A stretch of 64,000 bases of DNA from Octopus bimaculoides (lineage: Eukaryota), in assembly GCF_001194135.2 (NCBI RefSeq), contig NC_068982.1, forward strand, positions 40,957,876 to 41,021,875, given 5' to 3'. The notes under the pieces were generated by a model. It was given only the letters and a program-made list of their open reading frames with translations. It made no database searches and was not told the origin of the DNA. The first letter of the stretch is position 1. Each line of letters opens with the position of its first letter. The translations under genes were made by a program, and so were the position numbers. Below are positions 47,679-60,960 of this stretch, piece by piece.

Positions 47679-48081
47679 TGTCTGCAGGAAAAGCACAGGT
47701 TGGAAGTTAATTCAACAGAGTTGATTGTTCAGGAGTAAGGAATATTGGTAACAATTTAGTGTGGTGTCTGAGAAAGAAGAGAGGTAGATGTGTCAGGTGA
47801 GGAATGGTGGGTGTTCTTGAATGGTGGTAGTTTCATGTATACTAGTTCTTATTTTTTTATTGCCCACAAGGGGCTAAACATAGAGGGGACAAACAAGGAC
47901 AGACAAGGGGATTAAGTCGATTACATCGACCCCAGTGCGTAACTGGTACTTAATTTATCGACCCCGAAAAGATGAAAGGCAAAGTCGACCTCGGCGGAAT
48001 TTGAACTCAGAACGTAACGGCAGACGAAATACCGCTTAGCATTTCACCCCGCGTGCTAACGTTTCTGCCAGCTCACCACCT

Positions 48082-48183
48082 TTTCATGTATACTAGTTCA
48101 TGTATACTAGTTTCATGTATACTAGTTCATGTATACTAGTTTCATGTATACTAATTCATGTATACTTTCATGTATACCAGTTC
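48082..48183. repeat. Minisatellite, 7 x (T)TTCATGTATACTAG units (14/15 bp), derived from a SINE TSD
   Basis: The unit equals TTTCATGTATACTAGTTC at 47831-47848, on the other side of the SINE. Confidence 0.85.
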
Positions 48184-48187
48184 TGAA

Positions 48188-48246
<59 letters not shown>

Positions 48247-48674
48247 ACGGTAGTAGTAGTGGTAGAAGAGACAGAGTGAGAAGTCAGTAGGTTTATAGAC
48301 CAGAAGTTGGGTTGTGTTTGTGAGTGAGTCATTACCAATCAGCTAGTTTTGTCTCTTTTTTTTCTTCTTTTTGTCATATGTGCTCTAGAATGTTGCACCA
48401 TCCCACACGTGGGTCACTTTTGAGCTTTATAGAGAATCATCAGTTGTCTGTAGCTGAACCATTTTTTTGGCTCTGAAGAAGTAGGCCAATATCTGGGATT
48501 CAGGTTTTTTTTTGGTTTTTTTTTTGCTATATCATGTATGTCAGATCGCCAGGAGACATTATCATTGACTGTGAGACCTAGCACCCTTTATATTGTACAG
48601 AATACTGCTGTGGTACTTGAATATTTTTATATCTTCACAATAATAATGATAACAATAATAATAATGATGATAAT

Positions 48675-49230
48675 GCAGTACCAGGCAGTGGCTCTCATGG
48701 CTTCTGATCTTAACTGATTGGAAGTGTTATCATGTACATTGGTTTGTCTTGGTATAAAAGATGGGCTACAGCAAATATTCTGCTCAATACCACAGATTTG
48801 CTTGTCAGTTGATTAATCTTAACCAGTTAAACATGTTCCTTACAATATGTGCATCTGACAACATGTGCATCTCTGATCATGGGCAGAAATAGTGGGGGAA
48901 CATCATAACCATGTGGTTGAGAGGAATTCTTTGAGGTTTGGATAATTCACCTCTGGAAATACGAGTGTTTTGTTCAACATCCTTAAACAACCCTTATTCA
49001 GGAACCTTTTGAGTGGAATGGGCTGCTTGACCTGAAGAAAATTCTAACTGGGCCCCACCTGCAAAGTCATGCGCTGCTTATCTTGATATAAGGTCATCAT
49101 GTCGCAAACATATGGTTGTGATGCATGTGCCTGGTGTACCCTTATCAGACAGGTAGTCATGATGGGTATACTGGGCTTCGTATATTTGTACCCCAGTGTC
49201 ACTTTGATGGCATGCACTGCTCGCTCACTC
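48675..49230. mobile_element. Unclassified ~555-bp interspersed-repeat-like block embedded in (AAT/GAT)n
   Basis: Sharp compositional boundaries with trinucleotide tracts on both sides; no ORF, tRNA head or TIR seen. Confidence 0.45.
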
Positions 49231-49294
49231 AATAATGATGATAATGATGATAATAATAATAATAATAATAATTATTATTATTATAATAATAATG

Positions 49295-49328
<34 letters not shown>

Positions 49329-50574
49329 TGATGATGATGATGATGATTTTAAATTTTGGCACAAAGTCAGCAAGTTCAGGGGGCTAGTCAATTACACTGA
49401 CCTCAGTGCTCAACTGGTACTTATTTTATCAACCCTGAAAGGATGAAAGGCAAATTCAGCCTTGGTGGCATTTGAACTCAGAACATAAGACAGAAGAAAT
49501 ACCGCTAAGCATTTTGCCCAGCACAATAACGATTCTGCCACCTCACTGCTAATGGTTTCAAATTTTGGCACAAGGCCAGTAATTTTGTGGAGGGGCTAAG
49601 TCATTTGCATCAACCCGAGTGTCCAACTGGTACTTATTTTATTGACCCCCAAAAGGATGAAAGGCAAAGCTGACCCCAGCAGTATTTGAACTCAAAACAT
49701 AAACATGGATGAAATGCCACTAAGCAATTTGCCTCATGTGGTAACGATTCTGCCAGCTCACCATCTTAATAATAACAACAACAATAATAATATCAACAAC
49801 AATAATAGTCTGCAACTTTTTCTAACTTAGCCTAATTAACCCAAACTAACTTTACTATAACAATTTTTTAAAAATATATTATCATCTCTTCATAATTTAT
49901 TTTCACCTTCTTTCAATATAACTACATTATCTCATTTTCTTATATACTGTTCATTCACTAAATATATGTGCACTACTGAAATTTTCGGTGAGTAAGTTTT
50001 ATGTTAGAGTGAAGAGAGACAAGGAGAAAGAGGATTGTTGTCATGTGATCTGAGGGTTTAATAGTTTTTGTTTGCTCTGAGATTGTTTTTTTGAGTTCTC
50101 CACTTCAGAGAGGGGAGCAGATTCAATAAGATAGAATAAAGAGCTAATATGACCCTCTTAAAATACAACAAATTGTTTGTGTCATAAGAACTTAGAAAAT
50201 TTAAGTGACATGATATATATGTAATTTTTAACTGTGCAATTCAAAGTTTATAAAGCTACAGAAAGTAGTGTGTAGAATGTGGCATTAGAGACCCCATGGA
50301 TAGAAAAAGTCAAAAGCTGCTATCTATAGGACTTGAGCCTAGATCTGTAAAAATGGTAGCACATCTATCATATTATCAGAAGATGTGGGTTCAAGTTCCA
50401 TGGTCAGACCTCAATTTTTTTTTTTCATCCAAAGGATTTTTAACCCACGTTAAAAATGATTTATAGTAATATATGTTTTAAAATATGGTTTTGAAGTAAG
50501 GAATGGGACAAAGTAGTGAGAAAGGATCTACAAATGCTGGGACTCACAGAGGAGATGACAGGGGACTGAGACTA

Positions 50575-50890
50575 CTGGCAGTTGGTCGTGCTTGAAAAGA
50601 TATGTCAAGCTAAGCAAAAGCATGGTTGCCCTTGCATACAGGCTCCTTCCTTGCAACCCTCTCCAGCTGAACATCTCTAATTGTTTGGGCTCATAAGTAT
50701 TGGTGCCTTGTACTGGTGCTGCATAAAAGTACCCAGTACATTCTGTAAAATGGTTGGTGTTAGGAAGGCCATCCAGCCATAGAAACCATGCCAAAACAGA
50801 CAGGGAGCCTGAACTGCCTTTCAGCTGGTCAGCTCCTGTCAAACTGTCCAACCCATGCCAGCATAAAAAACAGACGTTAAATGATGATGG
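50575..50890 (+). mobile_element. RTE-tailed SINE/LINE-tail family E; other copies at 6060-6392, 19950-20175, 44718-44950, 14810-14995(-), 18570-18720(-), 23530-23700(-)
   Basis: Shared GTTAGGAAGGGCATCCAGC..CCAACCCATGCCAGCATGGAAA..GACGTTAAATGATGATG 3' end. Confidence 0.8.
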
Positions 50891-51384
50891 TGGTGGTGGT
50901 GGTGGTGGTGGTGGTTTGATAAGGTATCAACAGCAAAGTCCCTCATTGCCAACACTTGAGAATCAGCAGCTGTAAACCAAACCTCATTGGTGTTTTAACC
51001 ATTTAATTTCTTTAGCATTCAGATTACTCTGTCAAATGTATTGCTTATTTATTTATCCAGATCAATATGAATTAGTCATGCATTATTTTGTAGCTTTGAG
51101 ATTTCATTGATGTGATTGTTTATTTTTGGAATAACGTTGTGGAGTAAGTGTGAGAGGCCACATCTGACCAGTTTCAAAATAAAACAGGTAGAACAGGTAG
51201 ATTATTTTGGCTGGATATAGCCAGTTTACATTCTAAAAGGTTGAGGACTGTGCATTTTGTCTGGCTGCCCAGTACTGCATTGAGATGCCCTGTTCAGGAC
51301 CTCTTCAAGTGCTACTTACCATCCCCCATGCTATCCCTAGATATAATGCATCATCTTTTTCAATATTTAAGGGAATTTGGTTTC

Positions 51385-51613
51385 TTAACCCTTTTGTTAC
51401 TATATTTTTATTGAAATACACATCTTTTGTCTAGATTAATTATCAAAATGATAGGAGTTTAGTAAAATAGCTTTGTCATTATTAAATTGGTGTTTAGAAC
51501 ATAAAATAACATAAAATTTTAATGGAAGATTTTTATCCAGCTCACTTTAAAACAGGAAGTTTATATCAAGGAACCAGGGGTTATCTCATGCAATTTGGAG
51601 TCAAATGGATTAA
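51385..51613. mobile_element. Second TTAA-CCCTTT MITE family (fragment also at ~6621-6685, reverse)
   Basis: TTAACCCTTTTGTTAC ... TCAAATGGATTAA; internal sequence differs from the first family. Confidence 0.5.
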
Positions 51614-54600
51614 ATTGATCTATTTTTAAAGCTTCTTAAAAATTATTGACATAGTCACAATCTCATTAAATATCTTGATTGCTGCTACTAACCATGTTTA
51701 ATTAACAATCAATTACTACTAATAATGGCACTTGCCAACTTTTTTTTAATTAATTAATTTTTTAATTATAAATAAATGCCTTTGTCACTTCATATTATTT
51801 TCTCCTGCTTTCCTCTTACCATCTGTTTGCTACGCTAAACATTTTATACATTTCATGTGTATGTTTGTTTGTGTGTATACAGTTTTTCATATACACTTGC
51901 CAATATGTTAGTAACAATTATTTAAATTATCTATTAGCAATGTAAACTAATATTCCTCATGTAATTATGAGAAATAATTTTCAAATTCTGACTGCTTATA
52001 TTCATCTCTGTCAAAATATTCTAATCCTAGCTAAAGAATTTTATTTAAGTGTTTTCTCAATTTACTTGTGTAATAAATATTCTAAAATAAATTGAATTAA
52101 TCTTTCATAAAATTTTATTAACTAAATATGAATACTGTTACTTTTTCCATCAAGTTTGACAGAGAAGCAGAAATAGGTTACCTATAATGCACTTGTGAAT
52201 AAGTATAATTTATATGTTTCACAAACAATCGTTGAAATTGTAAATTAAGAGCAGAATTATTGAATAAAAGTAACAACTCTATATTAATATATACTGAAAT
52301 ATCAGAAGAATGTCTCCTAATGAACACTGACAAATATACAGAGACATTAATGATGATAAGTGACAAACCTCTAGTTTACAATAATCTGATATATTCACAC
52401 AAATGACTCACACAAATAACCCTACTTAACAATGATTCCTAAATTAAACTTAACATTAACTCTTCCACACTCACAAATTCTCAGTAGAAACTCTACAAAC
52501 TTTTCAATTCTTCATCCTCCTTCTAAAGTTTTCATCTTATTTTCTTTTTCCATTTCTTCCCTTATTTATTTGTTTATTTTTTTAAAAGGTTCAATCAGAA
52601 TCTATTTGGAAAATCACACCAACATTCCTTGTGGAGGTAGAATCACAAGCTCCATCATCATCTTGTCCGAGTGATGTCGGCAACGACCCAGTCTTTAAAA
52701 ATTGATAACTCAGTTCACCAATAATTATTTCAAAAAAAAAAAAAAAATCAAGAAGAATGTTTTTAAAAGAAAATAAAAATAAAGACATTAATTTTAACAT
52801 GAAATATAAGAACCAAATGAACAGCAAAACCTTCATGAACAACTCAGGGAAATCGGAAAGAAAGTACGTGTGGTCTCAGGTTGAAGTTGGTGGCCTTATA
52901 TAAGAAAGGGAAAGAAAAATCTTAAATCTGAAAACAACTCTAGATTAAAGATTAGCAATGAACTTGTGTAGAGCATTACTGGCCAACAGAACATTACAAT
53001 ATCCTCTAATTCTGTAATAAGTATTAGAGACAAAAACAAAAATTGAACTGAAGGAAAAACAAGGCAGTTTAGTGTCCATTTTAAATGAAATGGTCACAAG
53101 CTGGGAATTGTCAAAGGTAAAATAACGATAAAATTAAAGTTTATTCTTATAAGTTCAGTTTACTGGGAGAAAAATAAATCTTTTGTCTTTTGATTGGGTA
53201 TGCTGGCTTTGTTTACTCTTTTCACTTCAAGAAAGTGGTTACATCTCTGCTTCCTTTGTTGTTGTTGCTGTTATTGTTGTCGTTGTTGTTGAAGTGGTTA
53301 TAAAACTCACTACAAATCATCTCTCACATGTGTTGATATAATGTTGTCGTTCATTCCTAGAGATCAGCTGCACACATTTTTACACTTTAATGTTGCTGTT
53401 GTCATTGTTCACTACAAGTCACAGGCTATAGGTTATGCTTTATTGTGATATTCACAATATTTTTCATTGTTGTACTCTGCCAATATTTCTTTGTGCTTCT
53501 CTATGTCCATTAAAAGGTTTCATTCAGTTTAATGTGTTTCCTCTATTCTCATCTATAAGGAGCAACATTTCTTATTGTTATCATTTACTTACAATAATAA
53601 ACTTCTGCTTTTTATATTATTCTCATTTCTCTTCTCGATATAATTCCATATAAGATATATATATATATCTCTGCTTTCATCTGCTCACTTAAATGAGTTT
53701 TCACCCTCACTTTCTGCATTCTCATTCACTATAAGGTCACTATCATTCACTGTAAAAAAAAAAAAAACGTGTTGTTATACTTATTAGTTACATGAAACAT
53801 TCTTCATCCTCACTCAACATGTTTCTCTATTTCCTTCTGGTTATTTTTGAGCAGTTTGATTGTAGCTATAAGGGATATAGATTGCTACTAAAATTGGTAG
53901 GCTCGTGATGGACAAAACTTTTGCTGAGTTACCTCCCCTGTAGATTAACGCCTATGTTTTTTTTTCATTCGTTTTGTCAGTCGTGTGTGTCTGTGTGTGT
54001 GTGTTCTGACAGAAGAATTTTGGTTCTTCATTTTTTTTTTTTTAATTCTATTCAATTATAATTTCCTGGTCATGTAGCAGATATCAAATCAAAAGACTGA
54101 AAGTTTTAAAAGAAAATTGATTTCTAATAACAAACATTTTAAAAAAACAACTAAACATTATGAAATCTGCAGACAAACTTATTAACTACATTGGGCTTGT
54201 ATAAGGAAAAGAATGTTATTGATACATTCTGAAAAATTAAATAAGTTGACATATTTTCAATATCCAGCACATTTTTCACCTTCAACAAAGAGTGGTGGAT
54301 GAAAAAGGATTGTATATTACAGATAGAGGTGACTGGTATTAAAAGCAACCCAAGAGATGGTTTGGAAGAAGTTGCATAGTCAAATAAAAATGACAAAAGG
54401 CAAAAAAGGTGGGCCATTGTATAAAAGTCCTACCCAAGCCACAGCAGCTTGCAGAGACATAAAACTTTTGATGATGATGATGATGATGATGGTGAAGAGG
54501 AGGAAACTGTGTGCGTTTGTGTGTATGTGTATGTGTGCGTGTGTGTGTGTATGTGTGCCGTTCTCTTCCTCATTGTCATCGTCGTCGTCATGAATTAATG

Positions 54601-54716
54601 CCTGTTTTCCATGTTGATATGGGTTGGTTGAAAAGATCCAGAAAGCAGCAAGGCTGCTTCAAGCTCTCTACATATATATAATTTATACATACATAAATAC
54701 ACACACATATATGTAC

Positions 54717-54787
<71 letters not shown>

Positions 54788-54951
54788 TAGTAGAGTTAGC
54801 GGCTGGAATAACCGTCTAAGGGATAAGAATATCCGTTTTACTACCAGTATAAATGACCTATGTTAACACTGGACATACATATCCAAGCATATTACACTCA
54901 TAGGATACAGGCAATAACAAGGATAAACAAGTGTTTATCAGGAATCAAATT

Positions 54952-55095
54952 TAAATTAGCAGAAAATGGATAAATCATGATCAACAACAATTGACTACCA
55001 TCGATTATTAATGGGATAAAGTTTTGTATTAAAAAATAATAATCGATGGTAGCCAATTGTTGTTGTCAAGATTCCTCCATTTTCTGCTTAATTTA
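54952..55095. repeat. Inverted repeat: ~59-bp arms, 26-nt loop
   Basis: Core CAACAACAATTG(A/G)CTACCATCGATTATTA is 29 bp with 1 mismatch; outer arm GCAGAAAATGGA. Confidence 0.9.
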
Positions 55096-55264
55096 TGACA
55101 TTTCTTCAGACCCTAATGGCCAGTGGCCTATAACCTCTTTAAGAACTTTATGGATGTGAAACCCAGGGTAACTCCATAAACCAGCTGTAATTTTCTTTAT
55201 TTAATTACTCTACTGCTCTGTAACTTAGAGTGTGCTTCTCTTTTGGATTTATGACTTACTGAAG

Positions 55265-55364
<100 letters not shown>

Positions 55365-55656
55365 TTATTGTTGACCATATATTGTCAACTTTGTTCTTTT
55401 GAATATAACAACTTTCTCATTAAAAATATGCCTCTAACAAGCTTTGTAGCATTTTTACAAATGACCCTCAGATGACAACCTAGCCCTGATATTTAGAAAA
55501 CTTTTTGATGAATTTTACTAATAATTTTGTAAAAAATCACATCCGTTGCAATAATCCAAACATGGGTTTTCAGTTCAGCTTTTAAATATAAAGGACTGCA
55601 GTGCTCCACTTGGACTGTGGCATTGTATGGATATAAGCACCCTTGTTGGTCTCCCA

Positions 55657-55999
55657 GTGAAGGTGCATGGCTCAGTGGTTAGGGCATTGGGCTCACAATC
55701 ATGAGGTAGTGAGTTCAATTCCCAGACCGGACTGTGTGTTGTGTTCTTGAGCAAGACACTTTATTTCACATTGCTTCACTTCACTCAGCTGTAGAAATGA
55801 GTTGTGATGTCACTAGTGCCAAGCTGTATTGGCCTTTGCCTTTCCCTTGGATAACATCGGTGGCATGGAGAGGAGAGGTTGGTATACATAGGTAACTGCT
55901 GGTCTACCATAAACAACCTTCCTCAGACTTGTGCCTCAGAGGGTAACTTTCTAGGTGCAATCCCATGGTCATTCATGACCGAAGGGTGTCTTTACCTTT
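55657..55999 (+). mobile_element. SINE family C (CORE-like centre, TTTACC tail) with 18-bp TSD; other copies at 6894-7133, 7549-7831, 39916-40260
   Basis: A-box TGGCTCAGTGG, B-box GAGTTCAATTCC; TSD ACCCTTGTTGGTCT(C/T)CCA at 55639-55656 and 56000-56017. The 39916 copy has a 15-bp TSD with 2 mismatches. Confidence 0.88.
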
Positions 56000-57425
56000 A
56001 CCCTTGTTGGTCTTCCATTATATGACATTTCATAATTGACAAATCTGACTACTTTTGAAAGTGTAAAGCAACTTCAAGTGAAATTATTTAGACCCTCGAC
56101 CATACAGAACATAACAGCCTACAGTTTTGGGGCATTCTACTTTGCTATTTGATGGACAATTTAAATTTTTTTTAACTGCAGGCTATTATTTCTCATTACT
56201 CATCCCCATTTACTTCCATTCAGTAGAAGATATTGCCAGTGAACAGTACTGATGTTCAAAAACTTTAAATTATTTTTTGTGATGTCATGAACTTTTATAT
56301 TTTGTGCTTGGGACGCTTATTCAGAACTAATTATCTGTAAAATAATTGCCTCAGAAGCCTGAGATCATCATCATAGATAACATGACCAACCCCCATCACA
56401 TATGTTAGTTGATGAAGTGAGCATCCATACTGAAACAGCTCATTTTTGTTGGTATTTTTGTGTCAGGTCTACTAGATTTCCAACTGATGCCTTAGACACT
56501 ACAAGTGAAGTCTTTTGAGTATTTTGATGTCGTGTTGATGTGAGAATGTGTCTCAGATAAGACATGGCCTCAGTATTAATGGGAATGTGATGATGCAAAC
56601 ATGATAGGTGCAAAGCTTGGTGAGCAGTTTCAAACCCTGTCTAACCAGACTTGGTTCTTTAGCATCCCAAATGTAATTGAAACCTTTATAATCTGTAAAC
56701 TGATTTTCAAATCTAGTGATTCATCCTTGGTGACAGAACAACCAAGATACACGAAAATTTTACATAGTTGTGTAGTGAGAAAGTTGCTTCCCAGACCCCA
56801 GTCAAACCGTCCAACCCATGCCAGCATGGAAAACGGACATTAAATGAGATAATGATGATGATGATGATGATCTAAACTATTGATATATGAATGTGAAAGA
56901 GATAGTTTGAATAACTGTAAACCTGCTTTTGGGCCACCCTGTATATGACAAAAAAAAAATATTGGCACAAGTATATCCAGCTGTTTAACACAATTCTCTA
57001 GAAAGTTGGTTCTGACAGCCGACTATTTTAATTAAAGTAGCCTTTAACATGAGTGAGTACTTAAATAAACATAATTGTGTGGGGGTGAGGTGCATGTGTG
57101 TGTGCGTGTGTGCATGTGTATACATGCATATGTACATGTATGAACATGCTGTATCATTATCCTCATCATCACTATCCTCATCATCATTATCCTCATCATC
57201 ATCATCATTGTCATCATCTTTTAATGTCCACCTTCCATAATGGCATTGGTTGGATGGTTTGGCGGGTTTGAGAAGTGCATTATACTTCAATGTTTTCTAC
57301 AGCTGGCAATGTGGTAAAGAAGTTCACTTCTCAAACATATGATATCAAGTTCAGTCCCACTGTATAGCACTATATATATATATATATATATATATAACAA
57401 TTTAACTAGGTGTAAAATTCACCTA

Positions 57426-57614
57426 AGGGATATTAAATATTACATATTTGCATCATTACATATTTAAACGGATTTACTATACTCCTGAGCTAACACCAAA
57501 GCCTAATAATTAAATTTTGTAGACTGAAAGGAACCTGTCACATACACACACACATATACATATATATCTATATGTATGTATGTGTGCATACACGTGTGTG
57601 TGTGTGTGTGTGTG

Positions 57615-57692
<78 letters not shown>

Positions 57693-57902
57693 TATACATA
57701 TATATATCTACATATATTAAGGAATGGAAAGCAAAACAATAAATTGAACAATTATAAACTCAATTCAGTTTAAATATTTTATACAAGCAAATGACACATC
57801 TCACAAATTACAGCTGCTTCCACTTCATTAATAAAACGAAGTTTCTCAAGGATAATCAAATCCGTTTAAATATGTAATGATGCATCAATATTTAATATCC
57901 CT
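57426..57902. repeat. Fold-back with 16-bp and 27-bp perfect inverted blocks around a microsatellite-containing core
   Basis: 57449-57475 is the reverse complement of 57858-57884; 57426-57441 is the reverse complement of 57887-57902. Confidence 0.85.
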
Positions 57903-58207
57903 CATATATACATATATACGACATATATACGACAGGCTTCTTTTAGTTTTCATCTACCAAATCCACTCACAAGGCTTTGGTCGGCCCAAGGCTATAGTAG
58001 AAGACACTTGCCCAAGGTGCCACGCAATGGGACTNNNNNNNNNNTAGTAGAAGACACTTGCCCAAGGTGCCACGCAATGGGACTGAACCCGGAACCATGT
58101 GGTTCGTAAGCAAGCTACTTACCACACAGCCACTCCTACGCCAAATATATGTAATATTTGTGAACTAATGCAAAAGGCTTTGTAAATTACAGAGAATAAA
58201 ATATTAT

Positions 58208-58239
<32 letters not shown>

Positions 58240-58495
58240 AATAAGGATAAGATCGGTATTTAAAATATTGATCTTATCAAGTGGTCAGCATGGGATGACA
58301 AGCAAAACTAGTCTAGTGATCCTCGAGATGCTCATAAGAAGGTTATCTCCCCTGTCAGAGATATAATGCATGCTTCTCACAGCATTAAGTATTTTTAATT
58401 CCTAATTCTTGCAATATAAGTGCTTTGGCAATTCAATTTTTCCTTGATGGTATTATATTGTGCCTAGCTGTTTATATTAATTTATATATATCTGT

Positions 58496-58544
<49 letters not shown>

Positions 58545-59689
58545 ATATGTATATGTATATATACACACATATATAAATATGTTTATATACACATACATAT
58601 ACATACACATGTGTCTGTACAAATGAAAGAAAAGCGTATTTAATATATTCCATTGCCTTCTTAGTTACTTGTATGAACAGTTTGACTGAGAATCACATAA
58701 CTTCTAGGTTCACATGAGTGAGAAAAAAGACTTCTTATCATTTGAATGTTTAGCTTTGGTGTAAAAGGTTTTCACTGCTTCTAAATATGGCAGGTTGGCA
58801 TTCTTCTCATGGACTCATTCATTCATATAGTGAGATCATTAGTTGTCACCTGCTACTAACTCTTACAAGATGGAACTGCTACTGAATGAGGGGAGATAAT
58901 AAAAATAAAAAAATTTGAATACATTTTTAGCAAATTATTTAGATAACCATGGAATGGGTTGTCTGATCTCTGTTTACAGGCAAGGGATAGCTAGCAATAT
59001 CCCCCTTTTACTTAATTATCTGAATTCATACAGTGAATTTCTTTGAGTAATTTTGCTTATCTCTTTTTATTTTCAATTATGCAAATTGCTTTTGCCAAAA
59101 ATTATACATTACACTTTTTCTTTATGTAAAAATCTATTTTCTGTTCTTTGGACTTGAGTTGACTGTCCTATGCTGACATGCTCAAACAGACCAAAACACA
59201 TATCTATAGTTGCTCCTTGCCTCTATGTATATATGTGTGTGTGTGTGTGTATATGTTGTTAATGCATGTTGCACCCCTATGACTAACTCTATTGTGCACA
59301 AGTTATTGTCTTCCTTATATTTCCAAAGTTTCAAACTTGCCTAGCTCAAGGAAAATAATCATTATGTTAAAATGAATAAATTTTTCTCCTCCACTGAAAG
59401 AAGTACTTTACGCATGACTCAACTTGTCTAAGTCTAAGATAGCCAATGTTTATTTTATTCACATAGAATTATGGCCTGATGATACATCAGTTACAGAATA
59501 TTGATAGTATAACAAATTACACATATAACTAAGTTGGTGAAACTGGCAGTCACCGATATGCTTTGAATACATGCACACACACACACACACACACATATGT
59601 ATGTGTATGTATATCTATAACTAGCTATATATATATATATGCATGTGAGTGTGTGAGATCTCCAGACCCTTGCTTTCTACTGCCACCAA

Positions 59690-60420
59690 CAGTATCACTA
59701 TCAGTCTTCAATTTGCTATTTTACCTTCTGCTGCTACAGGCAGTAAACTTGTGCCTTCATAAATCTGAAATGTCCCCTTCTTAGGTGGCCAAATTGCTAA
59801 TCCAGTGCTTAGGATGTCTTAACAAAGAGCAAATACTTCATAGTTGTTGGGAGGTTACCTTAACTACACAAATGACTCTTTTCTTTCTCTTCTCTCTTAT
59901 TATTTGTCTTACTGTATTAGTTAAAAATCATCAAAATTTTAGGGTCTACATTTCAGGCAGGTAGATTGCAATTCAGAAAACAGTGTCACCGCACAGTTTA
60001 ACTTAGAATCAATGATTGATATCCAGCTTGTTTTAAACCATGTTTCTTGGACTTTCAAGCACCTTAGATGCCAGTGAGACCTGTCTTTCCAAATTTTCTT
60101 TGCCTTTGAGTACAACACTGTCTTTCTACCTTTTCTTTGCTTTTACGTACACTGCCTAGAAACTCTAACCCTATATTCCTATAACTGTTTAATAGATATT
60201 TTGAATTTGTCAAAGATTATAAATATTAGGACTATGTCAGCAGCATATCTAATGTTTATGAAAAGGAAGTCAATAATTACCAGACATTTCTCCAAGTTTT
60301 TCAATTCTCTGGTGATAAATTCCAAGATGATAGAATTGTGATGGAGGTAGAAGACAACCTTGTCTCAGGCTTATACACATTGCAAATCACTTTATCATCT
60401 GGCCATCTATGACAATGACA
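59690..60420 (-). mobile_element. RTE-type LINE RT to C-terminal relic
   Basis: LRQGCLLPPSQF (60355-60368), INIRYAADIVLI (~60226-60258, decayed YADD), FGHL..EGKI near 59720-59790. Confidence 0.7.
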
Positions 60421-60539
60421 CAGTCTTTACTGTTCTACAGTGCCTTTTTACTCAGCACTATTTTGGGTATCTTTACCTATGACTGACATCATCTTTCCAG
60501 CAAAAATGTAAAAGAACAAAAATTTCTACATGATGAAAT

Positions 60540-60960
60540 AGAACTGCTAGAAGCTGGCTTATAATCAGTTATAGTCAAAGCCTTTTTATGTCAGGCAATG
60601 AAATGGAGAAACAAAGCAGAAGAGAAACATAGTGTCATCAAAGATGAAGAAGATAATATACATACAAACATAGCTGACAATTTTCAATTATGGTAAAATT
60701 ATTCTAAGCATCTTAACACATAACACTCATACAACACAGAAGCAATATCAAAAATCCCAGATGGCTATCTCATGTGAATACTCATGCAGAAGTGACAAAA
60801 AGGAATTAGAAGATGTAATAAAAAGAATGAAAAATCATAAAACCCTTACGATAGATATCATCAGGATTGAAGCACTGAAGGCAAGAGGATAGCACATAGT
60901 TAATATGTTGCATAATGCATTGAATGGAAAACAGAAAAGTGTCATGGGATTGGGCTTGAT
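60540..60960 (+). mobile_element. RTE-type LINE pre-RT relic
   Basis: KELEDVIKRMKNHKTLTIDIIRIEALKARG*HIVNMLHNALN resembles the EV..AI..MK..K.PG.D.I..E.LK region. Confidence 0.7.

Noticed and set aside
49985-49996. Strong donor-like CG|GTGAGT
   Set aside because: No AG acceptor with an open frame lies upstream
55060-55115. CTGAAGA...GAAA on the minus strand
   Set aside because: No convincing stem II or stem I pairing
59725-59764. Minus-strand 40-nt exon candidate (tttcag|IYEGTSLLPVAAE|gtaaaa)
   Set aside because: It continues as EGKIAN*R and follows FGHL, so it is the C-terminus of the RTE relic and the splice signals are probably coincidental
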